Assembly (NCBI GenBank): GCA_012522075.1 | Contig: JAAYLG010000043.1 | Span: 1 to 52,273 of the forward strand | Direction of reading: 5' to 3' | DNA: 52,273 nucleotides | DNA from: Bacillota bacterium | Lineage (GTDB): Bacteria > Bacillota > Dethiobacteria > Dethiobacterales > Dethiobacteraceae | Shown here: positions 43,537 through 52,273 of the stretch, piece after piece | Position numbering within the stretch: the first letter of the stretch is position 1 | Layout: every line of letters starts with the position of its first letter | Made by a program: the position numbers and the translations under genes | The notes under the pieces: generated by a model | Seen by the model: only the letters and a program-made list of their open reading frames with translations | Told to the model about the DNA's origin: nothing | Database searches by the model: none

Positions 43537-46332
43537 ATGATGGAAAAGAAAGATTACAGCAAAACATTGAATTTACCGCAGACAGATTTCCCCATGCGTG
43601 CAGGCTTGCCGCAACGGGAACCGGAACAACTTAAGAGATGGGAGGAAATGGGGATTTACCGGCTGGTAAAAGCCAAAAAACAAGGCCGCCCCAAATATAT
43701 CCTGCATGACGGCCCCCCGTATGCCAATGGGAGTATTCACATGGGAACCGCCATGAATAAAGTATTGAAAGACATTATTATAAAATATAAAACCATGCAG
43801 GGGTATGATGCGCCTTATGTTCCGGGCTGGGATACGCACGGCCTGCCCATTGAGCACCAGGTGCTCAAGGCGGGCACCGTAAAGCGCTCGGAAGTATCGG
43901 CGCTGGAATTTCGCCGGCACTGCCGTGACTTTGCTCTACACTACCTGGATGTCCAGCGGGAGCAGTTTAAGCGCCTGGGTGTGCGCGGGGACTGGGACAA
44001 TCCTTATATCACCCTGAAACCTGAATTTGAAGCCAGGCAAATTGAAGTATTCGGCCAGATGGCGCAAAAAGGCTATATCTACAAAGGCCTGAAACCTGTG
44101 CACTGGTGCCCCCACTGTGAAACGGCCTTGGCGGAGGCGGAAATCGAATACCAGGAAAGCAGGTCCCCTTCCATTTTTGTCCGTTTCCGGGTGGTGGATG
44201 CCAAGGGAAAAATTCCCAATGCGGGCAATACCTGGTTTGTGATCTGGACCACCACGCCCTGGACAATTCCCGCCAACCTGGCTATTTGCCTGCATCCCGA
44301 TTTTACCTATGTCCGCGTGGCCACGCCGCACCACGGCGACTTGATTATGGCGGAAGAACTGCTGGGCAGCGTCATGGAAACATTTAAAATCACCGGCTAT
44401 ACCAAAAAAGAAACTTACAGGGGCAGGGACCTGGAAGGCGTTGTCTGCCGGCACCCCCTGTACGACAGGACATCGCAGGTGGTCTTGGGCGAGCATGTCA
44501 CCCTGGATGCCGGCACAGGCTGCGTGCATACCGCTCCCGGGCACGGCCTGGAAGACTATGAAGTCGGCCTGAAATACGGGCTTAAGATTTTTGCTCCCAT
44601 GGACAATAAAGGCCGCTTTACGGAAGAGGCGGGCCGCTTCGCCGGCCTGAACTACGACGAAGGCAACAAAGCCGTCACGCAAGCGCTGGAGGAAACGGGC
44701 GCCCTGCTGTCGTTCAGTTTTATCAGGCACCCCTATCCGCACTGCTGGCGCTGCAAAAACCCGGTCCTGTTCCGGGCAACCGAACAATGGTTTGCTTCCA
44801 TCGAAGGCTTCCGCCGGGAAGTCCTGGAAGCCATAAAAACAGTGCGCTGGATCCCGTCCTGGGGCGAGGAGCGGATTCGCAACATGATCATTGACCGCCA
44901 TGACTGGTGTATTTCCCGGCAGCGCGTCTGGGGCGTGCCCATCCCCATTTTCTACTGCACCAAGTGCAATAAAGAACTGATCAAAGAAAAAACCATTGCC
45001 CATGTGGCTGCCATATTTGCCAAGGAGGGCTCCGATGCCTGGTTTGCCCGGACCGCTGAGGAACTTTTGCCTGCCGGCACGACCTGCCAGGCATGCGGCC
45101 ACACTGGATTCCGGAAAGAGACGGATATCATGGATGTCTGGTTTGATTCCGGCTCCACCCATGTGGGCGTGCTGGAAAACCACCCCGATCTCCGCTCACC
45201 GGCCGATCTTTACCTGGAAGGTTCCGACCAGTATCGCGGCTGGTTCCAGTCTTCCCTGCTCACCTCCGTGGCCACCAGGGGACGGGCGCCGTACAGGGCA
45301 ACCCTGACCCACGGCTGGGTGGTGGACGGGGAAGGGAAGAAAATGTCCAAGTCCCTGGGCAACGTAATTGCGCCGGAAAACATTATCAAGGAATACGGGG
45401 CCGACATCCTGCGCCTCTGGGTGTCTTCCTCCGATTTCAAGAGCGACGTGCGCATTTCCCGGGACATCCTAAAGCAGCTCTCTGAAATCTACCGGAAAAT
45501 CCGCAATACCATCCGCTATATGCTGGGGAACTGCCATGATTTCAACCCGGCTCGTGACGCCCTGCCGTATGCGGAACTGGATGCACTGGACCGTTTTGCC
45601 CTTCACCTGCTGCAGCTTCTGGTGCAGAAGGTTACCACGGCATATGAAGAATTTGATTTTCACGTGGTTTTCCATGCCATTCACAATTTCTGTGTACTGG
45701 ATATGTCCAATTTCTACCTGGATGTGCTGAAAGACAGGCTCTATACTTCTCTTAGAACTCCCCTCGATCGCCGCTCCGCCCAAACAGCCATGTATGAAAT
45801 CCTGGTGACGCTGATCAAACTGATCGCCCCTGTACTGACTTTTTCTGCAGAAGAAGCTTGGCATTACCTCCCGCAAAAGGAGGAGGAATCTGTGCAGTTG
45901 GCCGACTGGCCCAAGGTCAAAGCCGAATACCTGGACGAGGAGCTGGCCGCCGGCTGGCAGCGCATGCTTGCTTACCGGGAAGTGGTTACCCGCCGCCTGG
46001 AGGAAGCACGGAAAGCCAAAATTATCGGTTCGTCGCTGAATGCCGCCCTGGATCTTTATCCCGATGCGGAGGCTGCCGCCGCCCTGGCACCCTTTGCCGA
46101 CCGGCTGGCGGAACTCTTTATCGTCTCGGCCTGCACGCTGCATGCGCCGGGAGAAGCGCCCGCGGATCTTCCGGCAGAAAAGGGCCTGGCGGTAAAAGTC
46201 AGTGTGGCGCAAGGCGAAAAATGCGAACGTTGCTGGATGATTCACCCCGAGCGGGGCAGCGATCCGGACCATCCCACCCTCTGCCCGCGCTGCAGCGCAA
46301 CCGTCCGGCAAATGGAAGCCGCTGCAGAATAG
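43537..46332 (+). CDS. ileS: Isoleucine--tRNA ligase (type 1, with C-terminal zinc finger)
   Basis: 931 aa. The HIGH-region is PPYANGSIHMGTA, KMSKS is present, and the C-terminal motif is CERCW...CPRC. Confidence 0.95.
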   Translation: MMEKKDYSKTLNLPQTDFPMRAGLPQREPEQLKRWEEMGIYRLVKAKKQGRPKYILHDGPPYANGSIHMGTAMNKVLKDIIIKYKTMQGYDAPYVPGWDTHGLPIEHQVLKAGTVKRSEVSALEFRRHCRDFALHYLDVQREQFKRLGVRGDWDNPYITLKPEFEARQIEVFGQMAQKGYIYKGLKPVHWCPHCETALAEAEIEYQESRSPSIFVRFRVVDAKGKIPNAGNTWFVIWTTTPWTIPANLAICLHPDFTYVRVATPHHGDLIMAEELLGSVMETFKITGYTKKETYRGRDLEGVVCRHPLYDRTSQVVLGEHVTLDAGTGCVHTAPGHGLEDYEVGLKYGLKIFAPMDNKGRFTEEAGRFAGLNYDEGNKAVTQALEETGALLSFSFIRHPYPHCWRCKNPVLFRATEQWFASIEGFRREVLEAIKTVRWIPSWGEERIRNMIIDRHDWCISRQRVWGVPIPIFYCTKCNKELIKEKTIAHVAAIFAKEGSDAWFARTAEELLPAGTTCQACGHTGFRKETDIMDVWFDSGSTHVGVLENHPDLRSPADLYLEGSDQYRGWFQSSLLTSVATRGRAPYRATLTHGWVVDGEGKKMSKSLGNVIAPENIIKEYGADILRLWVSSSDFKSDVRISRDILKQLSEIYRKIRNTIRYMLGNCHDFNPARDALPYAELDALDRFALHLLQLLVQKVTTAYEEFDFHVVFHAIHNFCVLDMSNFYLDVLKDRLYTSLRTPLDRRSAQTAMYEILVTLIKLIAPVLTFSAEEAWHYLPQKEEESVQLADWPKVKAEYLDEELAAGWQRMLAYREVVTRRLEEARKAKIIGSSLNAALDLYPDAEAAAALAPFADRLAELFIVSACTLHAPGEAPADLPAEKGLAVKVSVAQGEKCERCWMIHPERGSDPDHPTLCPRCSATVRQMEAAAE

Positions 46333-46347
46333 AAAAACCGCTTGCGG

Positions 46348-46384
46348 GACGCCGTGCTTTTGAGCCGGCGTCTTTCTTTTTGTT
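46348..46384 (+). terminator. Rho-independent terminator after ileS
   Basis: GACGCCG-tgcttttgagc-CGGCGTC followed by TTTCTTTTTGTTT. Confidence 0.65.
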
Positions 46385-46397
46385 TAGATTTTTGCAA

Positions 46398-46742
46398 ATG
46401 ATAAAAACTAAAGGAGAACAGAAAAGGGGGCGACAAGCTGTGGCCGGGCCGTCAAAACCGGATGAGTTTCTCCTGAACCGGCTGAACCGGAAAGTCGGCA
46501 GGTTGCTGGCGGAAATAGACAAATACAACCTTGCCGAATACATGGAGCTGCTGAATAACCCGCTGCGTTTTTTTTGGCTCAACCTGCTGGGGGGAATAGG
46601 CCGCGGCGTTGGAGCCGCCCTGGGCGCCACCATTGTAGCCGCCGTTGTCATTTCCGTATTGCGGCGGCTGGTGGTGCTGAATCTACCCATTATCGGCGAT
46701 TACATTGCAGAACTGGTGCAGATTGTCCAAAGGAATATGTAG
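46398..46742 (+). CDS. DUF5665-like small membrane protein
   Basis: This is the last third of ORF 45858..46742, the part that does not overlap ileS. AEYMELLNNPLRFFWLNLLGGIGRGVGAALGATIVAAVVISVLRRLVVLNLPIIGDYIAELVQIVQ matches my memory of DUF5665. The start is uncertain: ATG 46398 or GTG 46440. Confidence 0.6.
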   Translation: MIKTKGEQKRGRQAVAGPSKPDEFLLNRLNRKVGRLLAEIDKYNLAEYMELLNNPLRFFWLNLLGGIGRGVGAALGATIVAAVVISVLRRLVVLNLPIIGDYIAELVQIVQRNM

Positions 46743-46753
46743 GAGGGACACAA

Positions 46754-47365
46754 TTGGAAACAAGCCTGACCCGTCACCGTTTGCAGCTGGAAACATTGAA
46801 AAAAGATTTGCTTTCTCGAACTGAATTTACGGAAGGGCTGCAGAAACATGCAGGGCTGCGGGATGCCACGCAGGAGCTGTCTATGGTGGACAACCATCCC
46901 GCAGACCTAGCCAGTGAGAACTTTGAGCGGGCAAAAGACTTTTCGCTGCACGAGAAAAACTTGCTGCTCCTGCAGCGAGTGGAAGAAGCACTGTGCAAAA
47001 TTGCCGAAGGCACGTACGGTATTTGTGAAAACTGCGGCCGGCAGATTCCGGAAGAACGGCTGGATGCCGTCCCGTATACTGAATATTGCCTTGACTGCAA
47101 GCAAGAGGTCGAAGATGAATCCCACGATTTCGAGCGGCCCATTGAGGAAAAAATTCTTTTCCCCCCCTTTGCCCGCACTTATCTGGACGATCAGGATTAT
47201 ACCGGCTATGACGGGGAGGATGCCTGGCAGGATGTGGACCAGTTCAATAAACTGCCCCATGTTTTTGAGCGGGAAACAAGCGACGAAAGTGATGAAACCA
47301 TCGGGGCGGTGGAAGATACGGAACGGATTGCCAACAAGGAGTATAAAGCTCAGCTGCCTGATTAG
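46754..47365 (+). CDS. TraR/DksA-family C4 zinc-finger protein (YteA/YlyA-like)
   Basis: This is the in-frame part of ORF 46574..47365. TTG 46754 lies 6 nt after AGGAGGG. It has a coiled-coil N-terminus and the motif GTYGICENCGRQIPEERLDAVPYTEYCLDC. Confidence 0.8.
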   Translation: METSLTRHRLQLETLKKDLLSRTEFTEGLQKHAGLRDATQELSMVDNHPADLASENFERAKDFSLHEKNLLLLQRVEEALCKIAEGTYGICENCGRQIPEERLDAVPYTEYCLDCKQEVEDESHDFERPIEEKILFPPFARTYLDDQDYTGYDGEDAWQDVDQFNKLPHVFERETSDESDETIGAVEDTERIANKEYKAQLPD

Positions 47366-47427
47366 TTGTTCTTATGCCGCGGCTGTGCTAGAATAATATG
47401 GAGCCGGACCAAAAGAAAGGAAAGCCG

Positions 47428-48177
47428 ATGTTTCCTGAATTATTTCGTCTTGGCAGCCTCAGTATCTCCGTATACGGGGTGATGCTGGGGGCAGCCTTTG
47501 CTCTCTGCACCCTGGGCTTTGTCCACGCAGGAGGGAAAAGCGGCCTGGCACAGGAAAAACTCTGGGACCTTGCCTTGCTGGCAACGGTGGTTGCCGTTGC
47601 CGCTGCTCGCCTTTTTTATGTACTGGCGGCCCTGCCTGTCTACCGCCACAACTTGCTTTCCTGGTTTGATCTCCGCCACGGCGGCTTCTCTTTTTTCGGC
47701 GCCCTGGCGGCGGGTACGGCCGCCGTTCTGCTGTATGCAGGGTGCCATGGCCTGCAGCCCGGAAAAATACTTGACCTGGCCGCGCCTTTCCTGGCCCTCG
47801 GGTATGCACTGGTACGTGTAGGCTGTTTTTTTAACGGCTGCTGTTTCGGCCTGCCGGCAGAGCTCCCTTGGGCACTGCCGGCAGCCGCCGCGGACAATCT
47901 GCCGCGTCACCCCACTCAGCTTTATGCATCCGTAGCAGGCTTCATGCTTTTTCTGTTCCTGCTTGTGCGGCGCAAGCAGTCCGGTTTTCCCGGCCGGCTT
48001 TTTCTGGAGTTTATTTTCTTATACTGCAGCTGTCGTTTTGTCATTGAGTTTTTCCGGGAGACGGACGACTTTTGGCGCATATTTACCATAGCGCAGACAG
48101 CCGCCCTGGCCGGGGCGGCAGTCGCCTTTGCCGCTATTTTGGTCCGGTCGCGCATCATCATGAGGAGGAGAAGATGA
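47428..48177 (+). CDS. lgt: Prolipoprotein diacylglyceryl transferase
   Basis: This is the in-frame part of ORF 47398..48177. ISVYGVMLGAAFAL, a G(R)-loop variant VRVGCFFNGCCFG and RHPTQLYAS are present. It is a multi-TM protein. Confidence 0.8.
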   Translation: MFPELFRLGSLSISVYGVMLGAAFALCTLGFVHAGGKSGLAQEKLWDLALLATVVAVAAARLFYVLAALPVYRHNLLSWFDLRHGGFSFFGALAAGTAAVLLYAGCHGLQPGKILDLAAPFLALGYALVRVGCFFNGCCFGLPAELPWALPAAAADNLPRHPTQLYASVAGFMLFLFLLVRRKQSGFPGRLFLEFIFLYCSCRFVIEFFRETDDFWRIFTIAQTAALAGAAVAFAAILVRSRIIMRRRR

Positions 48178-49106
48178 AGGAATATGTTTTAATCGTCCCG
48201 GCGGAGCTTGCAGGGGAGCGTCTGGACATTGCCGTCACCCGGCTGCTTCCCGAATTAACCAGGACGCGGGTCCAGAAGTTAATCGACGCAGGGCATGTCC
48301 TCATAGACGGTGCCGGCCGCAAAGCCAATTTCCGTGTCCGGGAGGGGCAGATGCTTGCCGTTTCTGTGCCTGCTCCTCAGGATTCACGAGTTTTACCGCA
48401 GGAGATGGAACTGGAGATAATTTATGAAGACGGCGACCTCCTGGTACTTAACAAGCCGAAAGGAGTAGTGGTCCACCCGGCTGCCGGACATGCTGAAAAC
48501 ACGCTGGTTAATGCACTCTTATACCATTGCCGGGACCTTTCCGGCATTGGCGGGGAAAAACGTCCCGGTATCGTCCATAGGCTGGACAAAGATACTTCCG
48601 GGGTGCTGGTGGTGGCGAAAAACGACAGGACGCACCTGGCTCTGGCCAAACAGTTTAAAGATCACAGCGTCACCCGTGAATATATGGCTCTTGTCTACGG
48701 ACAGTTTGCCGTTCGTCGGGGGACAATAGATGCACCCATTGCCAGGCATCCGAGGGAACGTAAAAAAATGGCCGTAGTGCAGGCAGGCACCGGCCGGCGG
48801 GCGGTGACCCATTTTGAGGTGCTGGAAATCTATCCCGGTTACAGTTATGTCGCTTTGCGCCTGGAGACGGGCAGGACCCACCAGATACGCGTTCACCTTG
48901 CTTCCATCGGCCATCCGGTGGTAGGAGACACTGTCTATGGCTATAAAAAGCAGCGCCTGCCCGTAAGCGGACAATTGCTGCATGCACGGCTGCTTGGTTT
49001 TATTCACCCGGGACTGGGGCGCTACATGGAATTTACAAGCGAGCCGCCGGTGGAATTCCAAGAAGTATTGCAGAAACTGCGTGATCAGAATTTCCCTCCG
49101 GCATAA
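48174..49106 (+). CDS. rluD: 23S rRNA pseudouridine synthase, RluD/RluA family
   Basis: This is the in-frame part of ORF 48072..49106. The ATG overlaps the lgt stop as ATGA. It has an N-terminal S4 domain, the catalytic motif HRLDKDTSGVLVVAK, and TGRTHQIRVH. Confidence 0.9.
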   Translation: MKEYVLIVPAELAGERLDIAVTRLLPELTRTRVQKLIDAGHVLIDGAGRKANFRVREGQMLAVSVPAPQDSRVLPQEMELEIIYEDGDLLVLNKPKGVVVHPAAGHAENTLVNALLYHCRDLSGIGGEKRPGIVHRLDKDTSGVLVVAKNDRTHLALAKQFKDHSVTREYMALVYGQFAVRRGTIDAPIARHPRERKKMAVVQAGTGRRAVTHFEVLEIYPGYSYVALRLETGRTHQIRVHLASIGHPVVGDTVYGYKKQRLPVSGQLLHARLLGFIHPGLGRYMEFTSEPPVEFQEVLQKLRDQNFPPA

Positions 49107-49151
49107 TGCGGCTTTTCCCGGTAAAGCTATTACCATGACAACCAGACGGGA

Positions 49152-49859
49152 GTGACTGCTGTGGCGTGGGAATTATTTTACCGGACAGTTTTTCTTTACC
49201 TGGCTGTACTGGTGGCCGTCCGTATCATGGGCAAGCGGGAAGTGGGGCAGCTTTCGGCCTTTGACCTGGTGGTGGCCATCATGATCGCCGAACTGGCGGC
49301 CATGTCGATGGAAAAGATTGATATACCCCTGTATGAAGGCCTGATACCTATATTTACACTTGTTTTTTTGGAAATCTTTTTATCTTATCTCAGCCTGAAA
49401 AGTCACACCATCCGGGGGCTGGTGGACGGCGCCCCCACCATCGTGATTGCCAACGGCAAGATCAGGGAAAAGGAACTGCGCAAGCTGCGTTATAATGTTT
49501 CCGACCTGCTCGGTCAGCTGCGAGAAAAGGATGTGGCCAATATTGCCGACGTGCAGTATGCCGTCCTGGAAACATCGGGCGAGCTCAGCGTGCTGCTGAA
49601 AAGCGGCAAGCGACCCGTGACGCCGGAGGATTTGGGGCTTCCCGTCAAAGAAGTAGTGATACCCACACCCCTGATCTTTGACGGCCGGATCCACTTACGC
49701 AATCTGCAAAACCTGGGGCTGGATAAGTCCTGGCTGGAGGAGGAAATAAGGAAAAAAGGCGTCGCCTGCATCGAGGATGTGCTTTATGCCAGTCTCGATA
49801 CAAGCGGCCACCTGTATGTCAGCGAAAAAGAGCAGGCGAAGAAAAAACCAACCGGTTAG
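49152..49859 (+). CDS. DUF421 (YetF-family) membrane protein
   Basis: 235 aa. RIMGKREVGQLSAFDLVVAIMIAELAA is present. The C-terminal half is soluble and has tandem repeats. Confidence 0.8.
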   Translation: MTAVAWELFYRTVFLYLAVLVAVRIMGKREVGQLSAFDLVVAIMIAELAAMSMEKIDIPLYEGLIPIFTLVFLEIFLSYLSLKSHTIRGLVDGAPTIVIANGKIREKELRKLRYNVSDLLGQLREKDVANIADVQYAVLETSGELSVLLKSGKRPVTPEDLGLPVKEVVIPTPLIFDGRIHLRNLQNLGLDKSWLEEEIRKKGVACIEDVLYASLDTSGHLYVSEKEQAKKKPTG

Positions 49860-49886
49860 GCTGCCGGCAAGTTATATTTCCGGGGA

Positions 49887-50465
49887 GTGAAGATTGTGAA
49901 AAAAGCCTTGTTGTTTGCCCGTGAGCTGGTGGCTGCGGCGGTTGAGAAAGGTGCAACGGTTGTCGATGCAACCTGCGGCAACGGCCATGATACTGTTTTT
50001 CTGGCGGAGCTGGTCGGTGCTGCAGGGCGGGTTTACGCTTTTGACATTCAGGAGAAGGCCATTGCTGCTACGAAAGAAAGGTTAGGGCAGCATGGCCTGC
50101 TGGATAGAGTAACACTGCTCCATGCCAGCCATGACGACCGTGCCAAATGGCCTCCCGCTCCGGTCAGTGCTGTTATGTTTAACCTGGGGTATCTGCCGGG
50201 CGGCGACCATAGTCTGGTCACCACTGCCAAGAGCTCCGTGGCCGCCTTGCAGATTGCTACGGACAGGCTTAAACCCGGCGGCATAATTACACTTGTTGTC
50301 TATACCGGTCATCCCGGCGGCCGTGAAGAATACAGTGAAGTGCGTCGCTTTCTAACCGGCCTGCCGCAAGCGGAGTATACCGTGCTGGAATACAGGCTGA
50401 TCAACCAGGTAAACAACCCTCCACTGCTATTGGCTGTGCAGCGCCTTTACGCCGGGCGGCCGTAA
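49887..50465 (+). CDS. Class I SAM-dependent methyltransferase, YtqB/MnmM-like (tRNA mnm5s2U34 methyltransferase family)
   Basis: 192 aa. VVDATCGNGHDTVFLAELVG..GRVYAFDIQE and FNLGYLPGGDHS are collinear with B. subtilis YtqB as I recall it. An alternative start is GTG 49896. Confidence 0.7.
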   Translation: MKIVKKALLFARELVAAAVEKGATVVDATCGNGHDTVFLAELVGAAGRVYAFDIQEKAIAATKERLGQHGLLDRVTLLHASHDDRAKWPPAPVSAVMFNLGYLPGGDHSLVTTAKSSVAALQIATDRLKPGGIITLVVYTGHPGGREEYSEVRRFLTGLPQAEYTVLEYRLINQVNNPPLLLAVQRLYAGRP

Positions 50466-51160
50466 GGGCAAACAGCCAGGCACAGGCCGCAGACACGTTG
50501 TCCAAAATCCCTTTTCACATCATTCTGGTAGCTGTCACAACGTGCGGGTGTAAAGCGTTTAGTAAAAGGGATATCCGGGCTGAACGGTATACCGCTGATA
50601 GCTTTTGCCGGGCAGGCCGCGACACAGGCGCTGCAGCTACCGCAGCCGTCTGCCACCGGTGCGTCAGCCGGCAGCTGGGCGGTTGTCAAGACTGTTCCCA
50701 AGCGGATGCGCGGGCCGTATGTGGCATTTACCAGGCAGCCGCTTTTGCCAATCCAGCCAAGACCGGCCAGATATGCTGCGATGCGGTGTGGGAAAATGCT
50801 ATCCAGCTTCTTTTTGCCGCTGCGCTGTGAAGAAGGAATAGGAAAAGCTGCAAAGCCTTCCGCTTCCAGCCTGGCCGTCAGGCGGATGCTTAGCTCATCA
50901 ATCAAAGTATTAACGCTGCGGTAGTAATGCAGATAAGTGCGTGTCGGACCCTGCAGCAGTTCCGCAATAACTGAACGGGGAAAAGGAACGGCAAAAGCAA
51001 TGGCGCGAGGGAAATGATGCAATGTAGGGCTGGCGTAGGCCTCAATTGCCTCCCGCGTCTGTCCCAGGTTCGCCACGCCCGCCAGGGAAGCACCTTTCTC
51101 CAGGCAAAAATTTAACAACTCCGTTTTCAGATTTTGCATTATAAAATCTGTGTTTTTCAT
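50447..51160 (-). CDS. QueG-related 4Fe-4S ferredoxin-domain protein (epoxyqueuosine reductase / reductive dehalogenase superfamily)
   Basis: 237 aa. Two cluster motifs are present, CGSCSACVAACP and CGLCLAVCP. AAYLAGLGWIGKSGCLV resembles QueG. It is shorter than canonical QueG. It overlaps the convergent methyltransferase gene by 19 nt. Confidence 0.55.
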   Translation of the reverse strand: MKNTDFIMQNLKTELLNFCLEKGASLAGVANLGQTREAIEAYASPTLHHFPRAIAFAVPFPRSVIAELLQGPTRTYLHYYRSVNTLIDELSIRLTARLEAEGFAAFPIPSSQRSGKKKLDSIFPHRIAAYLAGLGWIGKSGCLVNATYGPRIRLGTVLTTAQLPADAPVADGCGSCSACVAACPAKAISGIPFSPDIPFTKRFTPARCDSYQNDVKRDFGQRVCGLCLAVCPYGRPA

Positions 51161-51349
51161 AGCAGTAGCATAACAAAACTGCAGGTAGAAAGCAATCCTG
51201 CGGCTGCCGGAACAATTTGAATCTTATTAAAATTCATACATAAGGAAGGAAATTTCGAGCCTTTTCTTGAATAATATCCTGCATAGTTAATATTCCCCTC
51301 CGCCGTTTTATTGTTCACTTCCAGAGAAAAAGAAAAGGAGGAAAACTGC

Positions 51350-51997
51350 ATGTCACGACGTAAGACACCCAAATCTGTTGTTAAGCGTTTACCTGTCTAT
51401 TTGCGTATTCTGGACAACCTGATCAGACGGGACGTGGATATTATTTCATCACGCGTTCTCAGTGAAGAAACGGGCTTTACGGCTGAACAAATTCGTAAAG
51501 ACTTGGCTTATTTTGGAGCCTTCGGCACAAGGGGAACAGGCTATAATACCAGTTATCTCCGGGAAAGACTGCTACGCATCATTGGCCTGGACAAGCAGAC
51601 AAAAATCATTATTGTCGGTTACGGCCACCTGGGAAAAGCTCTTGCCCGTTACAACATAACAAAAAACCCTTATGTCAGAGTTGTGGGGATTTTTGATAAG
51701 GATCCAGCCGAAATAAATACCGAAGTTGAAGGTTTGCGTGTTTCTCACATAGACCAGCTTCCCGAAATTGTCCGGGAGTACAAGGCCAAAGTCGCCATCT
51801 TGACCGTCCCGGCGGAAGAAGCCCAGAAAGTTGTGGATTTAATGGTGGAAAGCGGCATTACTGCAATCTTGAATTTTGCTCATACCAAACTGCATGTTCC
51901 GAACCACGTTTATGTTGATAATGCCGATTTGACCATAGAATTGCAAAGCTTGATTTATTACGCCGAAGAAGATGAAAAATCGCATTATGCGGAATAA
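51350..51997 (+). CDS. rex: Redox-sensing transcriptional repressor Rex
   Basis: This is the in-frame part of ORF 51311..51997. The ATG follows AAAAGGAGG. RLPVYLRIL, FGAFGTRGTGY and the Rossmann motif VGYGHLGKAL are present. Confidence 0.92.
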   Translation: MSRRKTPKSVVKRLPVYLRILDNLIRRDVDIISSRVLSEETGFTAEQIRKDLAYFGAFGTRGTGYNTSYLRERLLRIIGLDKQTKIIIVGYGHLGKALARYNITKNPYVRVVGIFDKDPAEINTEVEGLRVSHIDQLPEIVREYKAKVAILTVPAEEAQKVVDLMVESGITAILNFAHTKLHVPNHVYVDNADLTIELQSLIYYAEEDEKSHYAE

Positions 51998-52103
51998 AAT
52001 GCCTTGGTAAGTTGTAAAATTAATTGCCGCATATAACAAAAAAATAGAGACTCATGGCACAACCTCTGATATGTTAAAGGTGACTAAACCACAACATAAA
52101 GGA

Positions 52104-52273
52104 GGCCATGCACATGAGTCAATCCCATTGTACCACGACTTCCCGGCGTTTTAAACACATTACTGTGAAAGAACGCTACCAAATTGAAATTCTTCTCAAG
52201 GAGAAGAAGCGCCCCAGTGAGATAGCGAGGCTGTTAGGCAAGCACAAACGAACTATCGAACGCGAGATTGCCC
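52104..52273 (+). mobile_element. IS30-family transposase gene, 5' end; the element continues beyond the right edge
   Basis: My translation: MSQSHCTTTSRRFKHITVKERYQIEILLKEKKRPSEIARLLGKHKRTIEREIA... This is the typical IS30 N-terminal HTH (L..EER..IE.L...G.S...IA..LGR...TI.REI). AAAGGAGG lies 8 nt upstream. Confidence 0.7.

Noticed and set aside
43936-45183. 415-aa ORF antisense to ileS (also 45469..46311 antisense, 280 aa)
   Set aside because: Same reasoning. It is embedded in the ileS coding region on the opposite strand, with biased composition and no start context.
45858-46397. Upstream 180 codons of ORF 45858..46742, overlapping the ileS 3' end in another frame
   Set aside because: This part is Arg/Gly/Pro-rich out-of-frame translation of ileS. 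Only the part after the ileS terminator (46398..46742) looks like a real protein.
51161-51349. Rex operator (TTGTGAA-N6-TTCACAA type) upstream of rex
   Set aside because: Only a half-site-like TTGTTCAC at about 51309 is present and I could not find a partner half-site. That is not enough to call autoregulation.
1-52273. CRISPR arrays, tRNA/rRNA genes, prophage blocks and toxin-antitoxin pairs
   Set aside because: Reading the intergenic regions showed no regularly spaced repeats, no cloverleaf-like segments and no phage or TA gene pairs. The only mobile signal is the IS30 fragment at the right edge.

Overview
This window looks like a core chromosomal segment of a spore-forming Firmicute, probably class Clostridia and Peptococcaceae/Desulfotomaculum-like judging from gene content and about 55% GC. 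I could not run any search, so that placement is a guess. All calls come from reading the supplied translations, my own translations and structures found by eye.

Gene order, left to right:
- A partial ZnuA-like lipoprotein gene, divergent from zur across a perfect Zur-type palindrome.
- A sulfur-carrier group: TusA-like, MoeB/ThiF E1-like, a membrane protein, CoA-disulfide reductase fused to rhodanese, and DUF169.
- A two-gene ABC exporter.
- hisS-aspS, followed by a candidate 6S RNA.
- csoR-ccdA-tlpA.
- A complete dcw cluster: mraZ, rsmH, ftsL, spoVD/pbpB, murE, murF, mraY, murD, ftsW/spoVE, murG, murB, murA, ftsQ, ftsA, ftsZ.
- spoIIGA-sigE-sigG and ylmC.
- An nrdR-nrdD-nrdG operon.
- The ylm/divIVA group: pgeF, a HlyD-like gene, yggS, sepF, yggT, ylmH, divIVA.
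- ileS behind a T-box leader, then DUF5665, a DksA/TraR-like gene, lgt, rluD, DUF421, an mnmM/ytqB-like gene, a queG-like gene and rex.
- The 5' end of an IS30-family transposase gene at the right edge.

I saw no clearly new multi-gene system. The observations most worth a second look are:
- A single in-frame TAA that splits divIVA.
- A CsoR-type regulator and operator placed in front of a CcdA/TlpA thiol-disulfide pair.
- A 6S-like RNA that is not in the ORF track.
- A 57-aa zinc-ribbon ORF that is not in the ORF track.
- The TusA/E1/CoADR-rhodanese/DUF169 cluster, which has no visible ubiquitin-like sulfur carrier.
- Several well-defined operators: Zur box, four MraZ repeats, tandem NrdR boxes, and an Ile T-box whose promoter sits inside the divIVA terminator hairpin.
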